Part shown: piece by piece, positions 46,808 to 61,000 of the stretch
Numbering within the stretch: the stretch's first letter is position 1
How the letters are laid out: the number at the start of each line of letters is the position of its first letter
From: Lytechinus pictus
Taxonomy: Eukaryota
Direction of reading: 5' to 3'
Length of the DNA: 64,000 nucleotides
Assembly: GCF_037042905.1 (NCBI RefSeq)
Contig: NC_087251.1
Location: forward strand, 44,146,001-44,210,000
Notes under the pieces: model-generated
What the model was told of the DNA's origin: nothing
Database searches by the model: none
The model's input: the letters and a program-made list of their open reading frames with translations, nothing else
Translations under genes and position numbers: made by a program

Positions 46808-48864
46808 ATCATCTGAATCATTTTTTTTTTTTGGGGGGGGGTCTGAAATTAAGAAGAGCTTTCTTCATCACACATTCAACTCATCATAAACATCATTAAG
46901 TCACCTTGACCACTTTCATGTCACTTACTGGACAAAGCAGTGCTATTGGGAAGAATATTTTCAGGTTTTATTTTTGTACTTGAATTTTACAGGGAAAGTA
47001 TTTTTGTTGTGAGTAAAGGTCACAACCTTTGCTGGGGAAGCCTGAATGATGATGTATTTCTGGCTTGCACCTAATAAAGAAGATGGCTTGTTTGATCTGA
47101 AAAATAAGTTGGATTAAAATATTGGAACCTGGATTATTTATTAGGTTCATGCTAGAAATTTGTTTAACACTCACAGACTATCCTTTTTTCAGAAAGGAAA
47201 AATGAAAATGGCATTTAGTTGATTTTTTTAATTATTCAAAAGCAACATGAGAATTATTCAATAGTATTGCATTTACAACCAAGGCAATGGAAGTAGTCTT
47301 AAAAGCTGAAATACTACCATAATTGGTTATTTCTTGAGTTTTGTGGAATTCTAAAATCAACATTAAATCTGGTGAGCATGGTTTATTACACCAAAACTGT
47401 AAATGACCTTAAAAAAAGTATGTGTTATTTGATTTTAATTTTAGAAACTTATCACTGGTACAATATACTTTTTAATTTAGGTTGTAATGACCTTAGCTGT
47501 AGAAAGAATTAATTAGGACAAGCACATATTCTTCTCTTTCCTGGTCAACTTGTTAGATTTGAGACATTACTGATTGTCACTTGCCCACCCACCAAAAAAT
47601 TAATAGTAGTAACAAGTACAGCAATAGCAACAACGGCAATAATAATAATATGGATAATAATTTTATTGACAATAATAACGATAATGATACTGATTACAAA
47701 TTGAAATATATTTCACAATTTTGTCAGCAGATTTTGAATTGTGATTTTTTTTTTGTGCTTTATTTTTCTTACACAACTTCTTTGGTTAAAATAATGTAAG
47801 TTTGGCACATTGGCATTTTGCACCTGATGCAGTTGAATCTTGCACCGAATGTGTTTTAAATTCCCATCAACCATTCATAATCATTCACTTTTAGTGAGTA
47901 TGTATATAATCAAATAATGGACAAACGGATTGCTTTGATTATCAATGAAATCGATTAAAGGAAAGATTTATTACTATTGTGTATAAATTACTGTTGGCAT
48001 TTTAGTGAGTCCCTTCCTGTCAGTTTCTTGTCGTGTAAACACTACTAAGTTGCATGGGCGTATCATGTGCGTGTTTGAGTTTGTTGTAAACCATCGCAGA
48101 AACCCATGCATGAAACTATTTCCTTTTCACCCCAATTATAACTGTATACATCTCCCAAATAAACCTTTTCATTGCATTGTTTTCTGTTCATTTTATGCCT
48201 TTCCACCCAACATCATACCAGATGCAATGTATTTACAGGTTGCCTCATCTTCTGTACAAATATTTGAACATAAAAATATAATATCTAAAGAATTTATGGA
48301 TGGATTTTCTTAGAACCTCATATTCATGTCACTTGAATATTGGCATTCCGAAAGCTAAGAAGAATTTGGTGGCATGAGCTCAGAGGTCATTTTGCAAGGT
48401 TAGAGGTCATTAGAACTACAACCTTATAATTTTGAAAATGAAATATTTTAATGACTTGGAGGAGTTTTATGAGGGGTCATATCAGTGTCTTCCATTAGCG
48501 GCATACAAGCTTACGAGTTTCTGGGGTCTTGTCGAGATTGAAATGGTAAATGTCGAAATATTTTCTATCCGACTCAGGCGGAGGCATAAATTTCAAAAGT
48601 CCCGCATATTTTTCCAAAGCCATTCTAGTGATTTACTGCAAGTTCAGACGGCCTGCTTTTTGATGAAAGGGTGAACTTTTTAAATAAAAAGTCGTTTTTA
48701 AATGGTAGAGGAACGCCTTTGAAATCTGTCCTATTCCTATTCTTGCATCAGTCTTTTGCTTTATTATAGCTTTATTTCTGCTTTATTTGGAGAGCTATAT
48801 TTTGGGGGATTCTATTTTTCTATTTTTTTTTCTTTATTTCTTGCCCTTACCCCCGCCCAAACAG

Positions 48865-48933
48865 GCCCAAGAGAGTACGTCATTGACAGAAAGCCAAGTA
48901 GAATTGCAACTAGCAGATGCGGCCAATGAGGAG
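48865..48933 (+). CDS. RRBP1: RRBP1/kinectin-like exon 20 (0->0, probable cassette): AQESTSLTESQVELQLADAANEE
   Basis: Pyrimidine tract then aaacag acceptor, weak donor GAG|gtacac; 69 nt open; no homology support. Confidence 0.65.
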
Positions 48934-51646
48934 GTACACTTTCTGTACATTTTTTTTGGTTATTGTTTGTTAAAGCGATGTTTAAACGGGATTAATTCTA
49001 TTTTTTTTCCAATAACCCATGTCCAAAAAGGAATTGTCGTGGTTCAATAATGCTCTGCTAATTTTCTTTCTTTGGAATCCACCATCACATTGTCACATTC
49101 ATATACATTTTGTACCATCTTTCTAAGCATTACCATCCTACCGATAGCATCAACATCAGCAACTGTTACCATTACTTTTTGCATACTTTTACGTAAGCAT
49201 ACATTTTCAGCAGTTTATTACAAGAGGAAATTGGAATATAAGCACTGATTAAGCGATTTTGTACATCTTTATATTTTGCTATGAAGAATTTACATCTTGT
49301 AAAAGTTTCGTTATTGCCATATTTCATAATCCCGGTTTTTTAACTCGCAATATTTTGGTTGACTTGAGGGGTCCCTTTTCAGAAGAAGTTGGTAGCTGTA
49401 TGAATGCAGGGCTCTCAATTCTGATGAGGTCTGAAATCTTGGTAACGAAAAAAAAAGTTTGTTATGATTAAGATAATTTTTTCTTCAAGTCCTAAAATTA
49501 TTAGTAAAAAAAATCCTAAAAATATATCAATGTTGATCAAATAGAAAGAAGAAAGGATGAAACATTTAGTAAATGTTAGAAATCAATGCTACTAACCAAT
49601 CATTAGCAACGTTCCATTTATTGAATTAAATGGTATTTAACTAAAATTGTGTCATGGTCTGTCTAGGTATGGTGAATATTTTTCAAGACTCCTGATCAGT
49701 TTGGTGGCAAACATGGTACTTTATAATACTACTTCTTGCTTTATTTCTCATCATTTTCATTCTGTCTGTTGAACATTTGTTTTCTGTTTTCAAAGGAATA
49801 CAATGTTCAGTTTACTTTTTTTACACTTCCAGTTTGCAATTTTTCCAATTCCTCATGCTGGGCTTGGGGTTTTATTTCTCAACGATCATTTGGAGAAAAT
49901 ACATTGCTATTTTCTTTTATTTGGTAGATTTTATTTGCATGTCGGGTTCTCTATATTGATTTGCATTGTGATTGTACTTTTCCTTTTTTATTTTCTTTGA
50001 AAATGATTATGTAATAATTATATGAATGTATCATTCAACTAACTGCTATCCGTGTTTTTGAGTGTATGTTCAATATTTTTTTCTAGTCAGTAGCATTCTC
50101 TTTAATTTTGAAAGTTTTAGTAAGTCTATAAAGATGGGATAACATTTGAAAACAGAGTACCTTAGAAAATGTTGATTTGTACATCATTGGTAGGCATATT
50201 CTTAAATTAACATTTTTGTCGGATCTGTACCCTTCTTTGGGGGAGGTTTTCATTACCGGTAATGATTTTATGCTCAATGTAAAGAAATCACATGTTTGAG
50301 TTGTCCCCTAGAGATCCTATGATAAGTTGCCAGTGAACTATGATTTTTTTTAGACTTTCCAAACATGTGCTGTAACTGAACCATGAGTAATACATGTATT
50401 TTAAACCACCAATATCTTTCAGATCCCAGCTTATAATTCACCATAGAAGTTTGCAAAAGGTGTAGACACTTATAGCTGCAGCCCACTTTCCTTCCATTAA
50501 ATGAAATTTTGGCTTGTTTTATATTTGATGACTGATGCAAAGTATCTGGGATAATTGAGGATATCAATTATATTAGCAATAATGATGATAATCATAATGT
50601 TAAAAATAATGATAATGATAATGGGGAACATTCCAGATAGAGCATCAAAGCATTAAGTCTATTTAGACATTTCTTATTCTCTTTTTATTCATTCCGACTG
50701 ATCTCTCCATAGTCCAGACTGTCTTGTTTCTTCCTAATTTGTGTATTATATGGTGACACGACATAAACTCCTGCGACATTTGCTCCAGTCTTCAACTCTC
50801 ATAGAGGGCATAGGGTTAGAGATACAATTGTAATAAGAGTTGTTGGTTCAGAACAATGAAAATAGTATGATTAGGGTTCATTTAGTTTTGGAGGTCAGGT
50901 TTTATGTTTGGCTTAACGTGCAGATTTTCCATTGGAACAATTTGTCGCTGGAGCAAATGTCGTGGAAACGTATTATATGATAACACATACTATGTCATTT
51001 GTATAATTATTGATAGTTTGAGAAAATTTGTGTATGGAATTGATGGAAGTAGAAATCTCATTACCAATCTGAATCGCATGAAAATATGGGGAGAGATTAA
51101 AAAAGTCATTTTTTGTTTGTTTTTTATTTGTCTTTTGGTTTGGCGATTGAATTTGTTTCAGTTTTAGTTTTCTTTCAGATGTTGTGTTCCTTGCAACTTT
51201 TTTTTGTTCATATCAGATGTCATGAAAAAAAAAGTGATTTCCTGATAGTGAAAAGTATAAATGAAATACAACATAATGGTCATAATCTTTATGGAAAAGT
51301 ATGAAAAATTGATTGCATTGCTGGTGTAATTTTGAAGAAAAATATTCACTCCCATTTCTTTTAAAAAAATGTAAAAGGGTCTAACTTTGAAGGTTTCATA
51401 AAATCATTCTTTTATATATTTTTAATTGTTATTAAATATTTGTAATGTAAATTGAATTATTAACCCCATTTCCTTTTCATTTTGTCACCTATTCTGTACT
51501 TCTCTTTACTTTCTCTCTTCTCTGTTCTTTTCCTTACCCCTTTGCTTCTTGTCATTCTCCTTTTCCTTGCTTCATCTTGTCCGTTTTCCTCTCCCTTTCT
51601 TCTCCATCTTTATCCCTTCCCCTTCCATTTCGTTAACTCTTTACAG

Positions 51647-51676
51647 ACGAAACAAGCCGATGGTACAGGGGTATAG
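51647..51676 (+). CDS. RRBP1: RRBP1/kinectin-like terminal coding exon: TKQADGTGV*
   Basis: Long pyrimidine tract then tttacag acceptor; C-terminus resembles RRBP1 'KEGTSV*'; TAG at 51674-51676. Confidence 0.88.
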   Translation, partial: TKQADGTGV

Positions 51677-51906
51677 CTGATGCAGTCGCCTCGTTGATAC
51701 AGCAGCAGCAGTAGCATCACCAGCCCTCCTAAATGATACAGTGCAACTCATATACACAACGGCCAATACCTTGTTCCATTGTATACACTTCTGCATGCTT
51801 GACTCATATCGGTAGTAGGGGTAGATTGTTATTATTATTATCATTAGTAATTATACTGTACTTAAACAATTCTGTGTAGTGTACAGGCCAGGTCTTGGCA
51901 TATCAG

Positions 51907-51912
51907 AATAAA
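51907..51912 (+). terminator. Candidate proximal polyadenylation signal AATAAA
   Basis: First AATAAA after the stop codon; a distal candidate is at 57905-57910. Confidence 0.4.
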
Positions 51913-53197
51913 AACACAATGGAGCATCACTTTTCTAAAGATAATGCCCTTAAAAATATGTAAGATGGAATCTAAAGGAAAGTGGTATTATATAAAGAGG
52001 TTTTTATTTTGTTCTAGCCAGTATATACATTGATTCAAAGTAATACCCTAACAAAATAGTAGGTAACATTGAAAATAATGTTTATATTGGTTAAATAGAT
52101 GAAATTTCAAGTATTTTTTTCTCTCTTTAAATTTTTGTTCTTGATTCCATGTTTGTTTTTGTTTTTTTTAAAATAATTTTCTTAGAGCAACAGATCGCTG
52201 TAAGTTTCTTTTGGAGATCTGGGAGATTTCATTGTGATTTATTTTTGTTTATCTTTAATTAAATGTATAATAATTCTTTCATTGCATCCATTGAGCTTCC
52301 ACCAATGTTGAAGAAAACAAAAACAAACTGAACTGTGATGCACTTTTCAAGGATGGATCGGGGGAGTGTTTCATCAATATTTTCATCCGACAAGTTGTCA
52401 GATCTGACATCTTTCCATGATTTTGATTGGCTGAGAGACACTGTTCCCATGGTAACTGTCGGATAAAATGGGACTTGTCGGATAAAACGTCCGACAAGTC
52501 CTTTCATGAAACGCCCCCCTGAACTTCAAAGATGCTCTGGGTAGATGTTAGATATTGTTTGTATTAATCTTGCAAAAAAAAAAAGAAGAAAAGTAATGAA
52601 TTGTAGTAACTTTAGATAAATTTGAAAAGGAAAGAATGCACTGAATGTGAATGTTAATTCACTGCCATATCATTTCAGCTTCTCTACATTCCTGCACACT
52701 AAAAAGTAGGGTCTGTACCAACATTTCATACATGTAGATTTGGCTGAGATAGAACAGTGGATGAAATTGCCTTGCTTAGTGAAGATTGCATGATATTTCA
52801 CTTTGGCATGAATCTGTTGAGGTTTTTCTAGAAGATAGCATTGTGATGGGTTTATATTTGGGACTGATACCTTTCCCATTAAAATGAATCCATATCCTTG
52901 GCAAGACATTGTCAAGATCAAGAAATCATAGCATGACTGTTGTAATGAAATGATAACCATACTCAGCAGTGTTGGTCTTATTTCATTCATAATGAAGGGT
53001 TACCTTTTATTCTTAAGATAAGGTTTTAAGTTGGTGATGAATGAATAGATTTGAAATCTTGCCTGCCATTTGCTGTGAATAATGCATGTGTAAAGTCAAA
53101 TTCTACCTCTGTATTTCACTAATAAGGAGCCAAGGTTTTATGATGGTATGGGTAGATCGCAGGATGGGAAATGGGAACAGGATTAAAACCCACTCTA

Positions 53198-53346
53198 CAG
53201 GGGCCGCGGAACGGTTTTCAAAGTGGGAGGGGGGCTGACCATGCAAAAAATCACAATCTTATGGTCATTTTTACGTTTTTGTACACGGTTTTGGAAAAAA
53301 GTGGGTGCTGAAGCCCCCCCCCCCCCCCCCTCTTCCGTGGAACCTT
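53198..53346 (+). mobile_element. Short MITE, same family as 26094-26249
   Basis: caggggccgcggaacggttttcaaagtgg...ttttggaaaaaagtgggtgctgaagcccccc. Confidence 0.75.
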
Positions 53347-54023
53347 CTCTAGCATACTGGAGTGCTAACATCCACTAGCAATGTATGACACTGCAGTTGT
53401 ACACACGGGGAACATATTCCTCGCTCACAAGGGACACTTCTTTTTTCCAGAGAGCACTGCCCAACCCTGCCCACACAAAAAGTACACCATTTACTGTCAA
53501 TACACTAATAATGTCAAGAAAACGAGTACGCCGGAATGTGATAGCATACCGTGGAAGGAGTGTTGCATTTCATTTGCATTGTTCTTTAAGCTGCCATCTT
53601 CCCAACTGCCAATGTGAATCGTAAGGTCCCTCATGTAGCTCTTTCCAGAATCGAGTGGCGTGTTCCCACTGCCAAATCATTCGATGCTAAAATTGACTCT
53701 GCATGGGTGGCAATACTTACAGTACCACAATTGATTGTAGTACTATCACTGATGAAGATTGATTTGTCACAAACAATCAAGCCGTGAGAACAACCACTCC
53801 ATGTTTGTTGAAGTCCTTATTAAAGTTTGTTTTAATAGATCCCCTTCCCAATTTTCCTTATTCCTGAGTAACCTTTTTGTGTAGTGTTCCCTGGTTTGAG
53901 GTAGATTTTAAAAGAGGAGGTTGAAATGACGATGGTAGTCGTACTAAGAAGATCTCATTTCAAAGATGACCGGAAGGTATCGATAGGAAATTGGGTCAAA
54001 CCAAAGATAAGACAGGGGATCAT

Positions 54024-54455
54024 CAGACCTGCCAACCAGTACGTTTTTGGCGTATTTAGTACGTTTTTGCAACCAAAATATGGCAGTACGTTTTTTCTTT
54101 TAAAAATACGTTTTTGTAAAAAAAAAAATCGTAATTTATTGAGAAAAATCATCTCTATATGTCTCTATTTCATAAAACTTACACAAATATGGTTATTAGA
54201 TCAATGTAATTTCAGGTACACTGTAACTTGTTTTTTTTCCCAATCGTTTTGATAAAAATCAGGGTGAGATATTCACATGTTTAAATGTTTTTTTTTTCAT
54301 CTGCAAGAGCAGTGCGCATTTTAGCTTGCATGCAGCTTGAGCGCCGCGATGAGCGAGTGCACCACGCATTTTATTATGAAATACACTTTTTGGGGAAAAA
54401 TACACTTTTTTTATCACAGAATATAATTTTTCATTCCCAGAGGTTGGCAGGTCTT
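54024..54455. mobile_element. hAT-like MITE
   Basis: cagacctgccaacc ... ggttggcaggtct; gatcat on both flanks. Confidence 0.72.
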
Positions 54456-54993
54456 GATCATACAAGGCTTAATAGGACAGGGGAACAGGGCTTATTAAGG
54501 AGATAAATAATGTGAAAATATGCTTATTTTTAAGTTGGTTCTTTGGTATATTGGCAGAAAAGGGTAATCTTTAATGAGATGAGACATGAATACATGTATA
54601 TTCAGAAATTTATTATTATTATTATGATCATTTTCAGATGCGGATTCACGCATAGATTTGATTATAGGATGAATTTCGAGGATTATAGATAGTTTAAAAA
54701 AAAATCATAACTCAATTAATTTTGCTTGAATACATTGCCAACCTTCGTTCTCTTCTGTTGTCTGTTTGAAGGATTAAATCTAGTGACACATCGTCGTTTT
54801 GGAATGGGAAGTTTGCATGTGAAACAGAAAAGCAGTTCAGTATTCTCTAGTCCCCCACTCCCTTGTAACCTTGTTTCATGAATGTGTACCCTAATGCAAA
54901 GATTCTTCAAGTGAAGTGGTGAAATTTGTTTAGATATGGCAGAATCTCTCTCAGTTTTGATCTCATTATACAGTCAAGAACTTATGTGACCTG

Positions 54994-55327
54994 GCGGGTG
55001 TTTCATAAAGCTGTTCGTAAATTAAGAGCGACTCTAAGAACGACTGGTGATCCTTTCTTATGGTAAATGATATTCACCATTAATGTTCATTGGTGATTAT
55101 TTAGCCCCTAAGAAAGGTTCACCAGCCGTTCTTAAAGTCGCTCTTAACTTGCGAACAGCTTTATGAAACGGCCCCCAGGATCACGTTTCATAGACCCTTG
55201 CTATGATAACAAATTCACAGTTACTATAACAAGTTTACTATCAGTCTATCAGATTGAAGGATTTTAGGAGCTTTTCAGTGTTATTGCAAATTTGTTATTA
55301 AAACATGTTTTATGAAACGGGGACCTG
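54994..55327. mobile_element. Two abutting Harbinger-like hairpin MITEs; sisters of the first at about 29013-29174 and 55693-55860
   Basis: ctg|..gtttcataaagctgttcg / cgaacagctttatgaaacg..|cag, followed directly by cgtttcatag...ttatgaaacggggacctg. Confidence 0.8.
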
Positions 55328-58076
55328 GGATGATGCTATGCCTCTGGGTTTCATGTACTGCATACATGTTTTGATGGTAGATTGAGCTCAACTACTTGTA
55401 TCTCCTAATTTGTAGGGGGGGGGGGCTGTCTCCCCTGAACATGTGCGCCAGCGTATGCCAATGTACGTATACAATGGCAAGCTATGTTATCTCATTTTAG
55501 ATACAAAAAATGGCCTTCAGCTACCAACACATATGAGTCTTCATATAAAGAATATGAATTCTTAATGTTTTGTGTTAACAAACGATGATTCTTGGTATCA
55601 ATTATGGAATGCTTGATATAAAGAAATGGGATTAGTGGCAAAAGGCTGGCCAGACATACAGTACGTCAGCTTACGCTGGCTAAAATGTGCAGGCGGGTGT
55701 TCCATAAAGTTATTAGTACGTTACAAGCGACTTTAAGAACGACTGGTGATCCTTTCTTGTGGTAAATGACGTACACCAAATTTTCATTGATGTTGATTCA
55801 GCACTTGAGAAAGGATCACCAGTCATTCTCAAAGTCGCTCGTAACTTATGAAAGACCTACCGGATATGACGCCCCCTTATATACTTTCACTCCGAGCAAG
55901 AGCAAAGATTTTTTCACATTCTCCCATAATTAAAAGACTTACAGTTTATGTCATCAGAGGCAGCATTTGTTGGGTAGTCTGGCTCCATAACTTAATAACC
56001 AAGTAGGCAAACATTCCATATTCTATGTAACGAGTGACTTACATTACCAATGGTTATATCTTCTCTTTTGTAGAAATTTGTACTTAAGAAATGATAATCA
56101 CAGCCTCACAAAATTGTGTTTTGTGGTCGAGTGTATGATTTTATGTCTTGGTAACACAGGGTTAACACATTCTAACCCAGTGTTTTATTAGCCTTTGCTA
56201 TCGGTGTTTGGAAACAGGAATATTTTCATGATTATGTGTTTCATGATTGACATGGTTGTAAGTTTTGTGTTCAAAATGAATCAGGAAGTTTTCAGGTAAT
56301 TGATTATGTTTCTTGTCAATGGATATACGATTTCTGTATTGAAGAGCACAATTTTTTTTTTGATACACAAAAAAGATAACATTTCAGAAATAACAAAGAC
56401 AATGATACAATATTGCATTTGTTTATAATGCTAAATGTAATTCATTTGGCTTTATAGCCATAGGTTTCTTTTATAGAGTCAGTTTCTGAGGGAGGGTGAA
56501 ATGTGATTTGTATGATGCTATAATGAACAAATCATTGATTTACAAATTCATTCAGTATTTGCAAAAATATATTTCCTTTCTGTTGCCTTTTCTCTTGCTC
56601 TGTTTTTAATGTTAATACATTTCTATATTACATGGTGAAGGATGGCTATCTACTTATAGTCGCAAGTTATGAGTTTTAATCTTTGATTTCTTACATCTTT
56701 ATATAGTATGAAAATAGGTCTAGATTTAGTAAGAGATTAAAAGAATTGAATTTGAACTGTTTGTGTACAGGATAACAACACTCGGTGACAGTAATTGATT
56801 TTGATTTTAGATATTTTATCAGAGTTGGAGAAGCAGAGATTTTTGAATGGGATGAATTGGAAAAGAGTATGAATTTATTATCTATCTTGGAATTATTTCA
56901 TGTTGTAGAGTAGTCAATATTGATGTGTAGGAGGGAGGTATTATATGTATTGCAAAGTAATTCAGAGTTCAACCCGCTCAGATGGAACCATTCCAGTGTA
57001 TATTGAAACTTTACCTACCTAAATTCTATCTTGTGTGTCTACTAACATTTCTATCTGTCGACGGGCTGTACCAAGTTTGGTTTCCACAAATACATACCCA
57101 CCTCGTGTTCAGCATGCAATTTGAAGGAATTGTTCTGGAAAATTATTTTGGATGAATGCTCTTATTTTGGTTTCTTCGGCAGGAATGCCACTTTGAACTT
57201 CCAGACTTTTTCAACATATTTTTGGCAATAGAGAACACATTTTTAGAGTAGAAAAGGGGCCATTCTAGATAAATTTCAGACTTTTGATCAATCCTTAAAT
57301 ATTTAGTTGCATCCCTGCTTCTGAGAATATTTAATTGCAAGATATCTGAAGATTGTAATCTGGTCAAGTATGCGTAAAACGTAATTGACTGGATTAGTTA
57401 TGAATCACCACTAAATTAATTTGTTGAATTGATATTTCCATTGTGAAGACTATGACCTATTATTTTCTATTGGAAAGGTCCATACTGTGGTTACACGGGA
57501 CCCATTACAGAAAGAACTGCATTCAATTGCAACTCGGAAAATCATATGCAACTCCTGAACGCTGGCTTCTGATTGGTTAAGACTCAAGTTGCATTTGATT
57601 TTGTAGAGTTACGTTTGATTGCAACTCTCTCTGCATCAGACTTCAGGGTCCTGTTTCATAAAAGACTTCTTTTTGATAACAAATGCACAATTTCTATAGC
57701 AAATACACTATCAGCCAATCAGATTGAAGGATATCAGTAGCTTTACCGCAAATTTGTTAAAACAAGTTTAATGAAAGGGGCCCTCAGAAGGAATAAGTGT
57801 TGTTACTTCTTACATTATCATTTTTTTATTTTCATTTTCATTTATGTGGTTTTTACTTTGTGATAATAGATTCCAGATATAATAAGAGCCTCTTCTATGT
57901 TATGAATAAATTTACAACAAAATATGGTTTAATCCTGTGTTGATCTGGAATTGAGTGCCTTTATGTCCATTAAAGATTTTTTAATAGAGATGGAGTCATG
58001 AGGCCGTGGGACTCACCCTGAGGCCTTAAGGCTGGCTTGCATGGACTACAATCCCTGGTTTCCACTATGTCAGTGG

Positions 58077-61000
58077 TAGTAGACTTGTTAAGAGGTTAAA
58101 CGCTGCATTTTTGAGTACAAATGTCCCACTTGGCACAAATGTTCCTTGAGTCAAAAGAAAAAAAATTATCCAAAGAGACACGCTGTATCTATGCAAATAA
58201 GCAAGTAATTTGCATAAATTTGCATATTATGTCGATATAGTGAAAGCAAGTATTTAAGATTATATATTTAACCAGAACTGCCCTAAAATTGGAAATAAAG
58301 ACTTAGGGTAAGAAAGGGAAGAAAATTGTCATAAAATGATTGAGATATCCTTGTTTATTATTACCTAATTTACATAAATTATGCAAATTATAATTCAAAA
58401 CAGAGTATTTTTTCATGAATCCTCAACTGTTTTATAAATAACACCAATTAATATACAATGTCAACATTCTACATGAAAGAGAATGTATTAGCGAAAACAT
58501 CGATATGCTTCATGACAGTATTGGTGTCATAATTTGCTTAGAAAGAGGGCAAATGTGTCAAAATGTATGACGTGATATTGCGCTAAAACGAGACCAAAAC
58601 AACCTCTATGTCACAGTCACACTCACGAATCCGACAATAAAGCGATCAATGGTATGTCATTCGAGATAACACAATCCCAACACAATAGCTTCCATCGGCT
58701 TCTCGTATCGGTTTTGTTGGTGTGTCTGCCACACCGTAATCTATGATATATACGGGCAAAATGCATTTCGGTATCGTTAAAAAGCCATTTGTTTTATTTG
58801 TTTCTAATGTGTTTCTCTTGAAAATTTACAGGAGACATTGCTTTGCAGGTTACTGCTTTAATGAAGCTCTGGACCATGAATTCATGATGAATGTACCCTA
58901 CCTCAATCCATATTTTAACTTTATTAAAATATATATCTTTTGGAGACCCCGAAGTGGCAAAACTGCATTCCCGCTACTTTACAAAACCAGTTTGACTTGT
59001 ATTATCGACTTGGAAAAGACAGATGTATGACACATCAGTCAACATGTTTCCTGAAGAAAGTTTTTTGTTTATTTAAGCCTACGCCCATGGGAGCCCTCCC
59101 AATTTACCCCATCCCCTCTCCGTATTTCGACACTAAATTAAAAATATCGTGTTTTAAAGCCATCAGCAAGGCAAACTGTGTTTTTTTGTATAGTAAAGCA
59201 ACTTTTATATCTATATATTTTTAAATCTATATTCATCATTATTGATATTATTATAAACATTATTAAAATTATCTAAGTTATTATTATAATTATTATCATC
59301 ATTATTATTATTATTATCATTATTATTATTATCATTATTATAATCATTATTATTGTTATTATTATTATTATTATTGTTCTGCAGTTTGTAATAATGCTCT
59401 AGCACAGTAAAGGCTATATAACCCAACAGAAGCATGCCTAGGATACCCTTTCCCCTTTTGGTTTTATGTATTCAAAGATAGTTTATTGTCTTTAGAACTC
59501 TTAAAAGATTACTTTTGTTTGTATTGATATCTTGGAATAGATTGAGGAGAAAATACTCTACAATTGACGTGTAAAGGAGCTGTGGTACATTGAAGAACAG
59601 CCACACGTAAGCTCTAAACTACTCAAAGCCCTTTATTGATTCCACTCTATGTTAAATTTAAATATTTTTAGGACCCAATCGGAAGAAAGATGCATTTCTA
59701 CTACACAGTAAAGCCGCTTTACGTTCTCCTCTTGAATAACCCCCCCAAAAAAAAAAACATAGAAGGCATTGTTTTATATCGCATAAAATAAGTTCGTGTA
59801 CATGAGGTGGCCTGTCGAAGTTGCTCAACCCTTTATTTTGTTTTGACAATATATATTTGGAATGTCGTCTAAATGAAGCCCTCATCTGGAAAAGGGCACT
59901 TATTAAAGGCAGCATCTACATTATATAGAGGAGGCCCTGGCACTTGGAAGCGGGGGCTGAAGCACCCACAAGATTTCCCGGGGGGGGGGGGGTGTGCTGC
60001 ATGTATTATTTTCCATAGACAGCACCCCCTGGAATTCCGGCAGATGTGACAAACCCGAAAAAAAAAACGTTACCAAAATAACCTTCATTTTGTAGTGCAA
60101 TCCTTTTTATTTATTTGCTTGTTAAATTTCCTGGGACCAAAATTTTACATTGAACCTTATTTGCATTTCAAATTTACATCAAGAAATTTAACAAACAAAT
60201 ATACAAAAAGGATTGCACTACAAAATGAAGGTTATTTTGGTAACGTTTCTTTTTTTTCGTTTTGTCACATCTGCCGGAATTCCAGGGGGTGATGTCTATG
60301 GAGAATAATACACGCAGCACCCCCCCCCCCCCCCCCGAAAATCTTGCGGGTGCTTCAGCCCCCGCTTCCGGGTGCTAGGGCCTGCAATGTAGATGCTGCC
60401 TTTAATAAGTGCCCTTTTCCAGAATGAGGGCTTCATTTAGACGATATTCTAAATATATATTGTCAAAACAAAATAAAGGGTTGGGCAACTTCGACAGGCC
60501 ACCGTCATCATGGTCATACACACGAACTTATTTTATGCGATATAAAACAATGCCTTCTATTTTTTTCCAAGAGGAGAACGTAAGGCGGCTTTACTGTGCA
60601 GTTTATAGAAATGCATCTTTCTTCCGATTGGGCTCTAAAAATATTTAAATTTAACATAGAGTGGAATCAATAAAGGGCTTTGAGTAGTTTGGAGCTTACG
60701 TGTGGCTTTTCTTCAATGTACCACAGCTCCTCTACATGTCAATTGTACAGTATTTTCTACTCAATCTATTCTAAGATATCAATACAAACAAAAGTAAACT
60801 TTTAAGAGTTCTAAAGACAATAAACTATTTTTGAATGCATACAACCAAAAGGGGAAAGGGTATCCTAGGCATGCATGCTTCTGTTGGGTTATAGCCTTTA
60901 CTGTGCTAGAGCATTATTACAAACTGCAGAACAATAATAACAATAATTATAATAATAATAATGATTATAATAGTAATAATAATAATAATATTATTATTAA

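Noticed and set aside
51674..51700. Stop-codon read-through (TAG-C)
   Set aside because: It would add only about 7 residues before TGA, the context is not the CTAG/CARYYA type, and it would mask the conserved C-terminus.
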